A stretch of DNA of 64,000 bases, taken from IMG/VR virus record IMGVR_UViG_3300042508_000526. One strand, written 5' to 3'. This DNA comes from a virus. Its lineage: Duplodnaviria; Caudoviricetes. Below, piece after piece: positions 62,902-64,000 of the stretch (the stretch's first letter is position 1; every line of letters starts with the position of its first letter). Position numbers and translations under genes: made by a program. The notes under the pieces are model-generated. The model was not told the origin of the DNA, searched no databases, and worked only from the letters and a program-made list of their open reading frames with translations.

Positions 62902-63918
62902 TCACAAAATCTTGGCCGCAATGAGACAACCGCGCGCGACCGCATGCAGCGGATCATTGGCGTGACGTACTTCTTTGACCGGCAGCGGAAAACCATGCTC
63001 GTCAAGTTTCTTTTGAAACATTTCAACGAAGCCTTTAGCGCGTGTCGTGCCGCCGGCCAATGTTATCAGAATCGGCTCTTTGAACTTGGGCAGAGCTTTG
63101 TGGCCCTGTAACGCGTGCGCAAGCATCTTCACGGTGTAATCGATCAGACGCTCGTAGTACACGCTAACAGCAGACAAAATTGCGCTGTCACTCTGCTCGC
63201 CAATCACAAACGTGCCGTGCTCTTTCTCTGCCTGCACAACTGAATCCGGCTCATTTGTGGCAACGGCCGTCATGCGGTCAATCCAGTCGCCGGACTTCGT
63301 TGTCGAAAACAGCACGGTGGGTTCGCCGTTGAGCATGACACAGCAATTCACCATGCCCGCGCCCCACGACAAGCCAATGCCGGTGTAATCATCGTTTTCC
63401 AGCTCCGAGTAGCACAGCGCTTCGGCTTCGTTAATCGCCCGGGCCGTGTAACCCTGCTCCGCCAGCACCGTGCGCACAACGTCTTCGTGATACGCGACGT
63501 CAAAATCATCGTCTTCCTGATCGACGGGCTGGGCCGGCACGCAAAAGATCAGCTTTTCGTGCGGCTCGCTGGCGGTGCCGACAACTTCCTTGAGGATAAA
63601 CGCCAGCACGCGCTTGGCTTCTTTTTCCTTGGGGCTAACCACGCCGCGATACATGGGGCGCTTGGCCGAGTCATTGCGCTCAACGGCCTTTTCGATGGCG
63701 TCTTGGCCGAGAATAATAAACGTGCCGTCGGCGTCGCGCACAAATACCTTACCCTGTAGACCTTTTTCGATCATCTTGGTGGCCACGGGGGTCGTCGGCT
63801 TGATGACGTAAAACGCATCGCGGAAATCTTTGTATTGAACGCTGGCCGCGACGGCAGAGTCCAGCGCGTCTTGCGCCAGCACGATAAACGATGTTCCGAC
63901 GTCTAAACCCTTAGCCAT
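62902..63918 (-). CDS. Actin-fold ATPase, volactin/MreB-like (338 aa)
   Basis: Phosphate-1 GLDVGTS; connect-1 INEAEAL; phosphate-2 GLSWGAGMVN; adenosine LAGGTTRAKGF; connect-2 NDPLHAVARG. Confidence 0.9.
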   Translation of the reverse strand: MAKGLDVGTSFIVLAQDALDSAVAASVQYKDFRDAFYVIKPTTPVATKMIEKGLQGKVFVRDADGTFIILGQDAIEKAVERNDSAKRPMYRGVVSPKEKEAKRVLAFILKEVVGTASEPHEKLIFCVPAQPVDQEDDDFDVAYHEDVVRTVLAEQGYTARAINEAEALCYSELENDDYTGIGLSWGAGMVNCCVMLNGEPTVLFSTTKSGDWIDRMTAVATNEPDSVVQAEKEHGTFVIGEQSDSAILSAVSVYYERLIDYTVKMLAHALQGHKALPKFKEPILITLAGGTTRAKGFVEMFQKKLDEHGFPLPVKEVRHANDPLHAVARGCLIAAKIL

Positions 63919-63920
63919 AA

Positions 63921-63998
63921 CTACTTACCTTTCTTCTTGAGTTTCTTTTCCAGCTGCTTAATGTACTTGTTTTGCTTCTGCAGCTTATCGCACTGTTT
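63921..63998 (-). CDS. Partial CDS (3' end only), Lys-rich coiled-coil tail
   Basis: KQCDKLQKQNKYIKQLEKKLKKKGK*, ending 2 nt before the actin ATG. Confidence 0.6.
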   Translation of the reverse strand, partial: KQCDKLQKQNKYIKQLEKKLKKKGK

Positions 63999-64000
63999 TT

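Noticed and set aside
62902-63918. phiKZ-type phage nucleus and spindle (ChmA/PhuZ)
   Set aside because: The cytoskeletal gene has an actin fold, not tubulin, and no shell protein was recognisable.
1-64000. Stop-codon reassignment
   Set aside because: TAA, TAG and TGA all end genes that abut the next start, and long ORFs are intact in the standard code.
1-64000. CRISPR array, DGR (TR/VR plus RT), integrase or IS element
   Set aside because: No regularly spaced repeats, reverse transcriptase, recombinase or transposase motifs were seen by eye.

Overview
A contiguous 64 kb piece of a large (jumbo-type) contractile-tailed dsDNA phage genome. All credible genes are on the minus strand, tightly packed and read in the standard bacterial code. 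In transcription order (right to left) the window holds: a volactin/MreB-like actin ATPase; a GDPD-like protein; a candidate ~225-nt structured RNA; holin-like membrane proteins; tRNA-Asn; a multidomain 2H-phosphoesterase protein; a membrane/protease cluster (pro-matrixin plus papain-like C1 peptidase); glycine-zipper proteins; and a phage multisubunit RNA polymerase. The polymerase is encoded as a beta+beta'(N-half) fusion plus a separate beta'(C-half), lacks both Zn sites and has GADFDGD at the active site. Next come the head module (prohead protease, scaffold, decoration, major capsid), neck, sheath, tube, spike, tail chaperone, tape measure, and a baseplate module with an embedded sigma-70 factor. 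An array of five paralogous Cys-rich tail-tip proteins ends the run. Two patterns fall outside the gene list. (1) CsrA/RsmA-type ANGGAN stem-loops sit on the ribosome-binding sites or start codons of many virion and lysis genes, and a GGA-rich RNA lies nearby. (2) A recurring K-x-A motif punctuates the head-associated proteins and separates domains as maturation sites would. All calls come from motif recognition by eye; no searches were run. Several starts were moved from the ORF track using RBS evidence.
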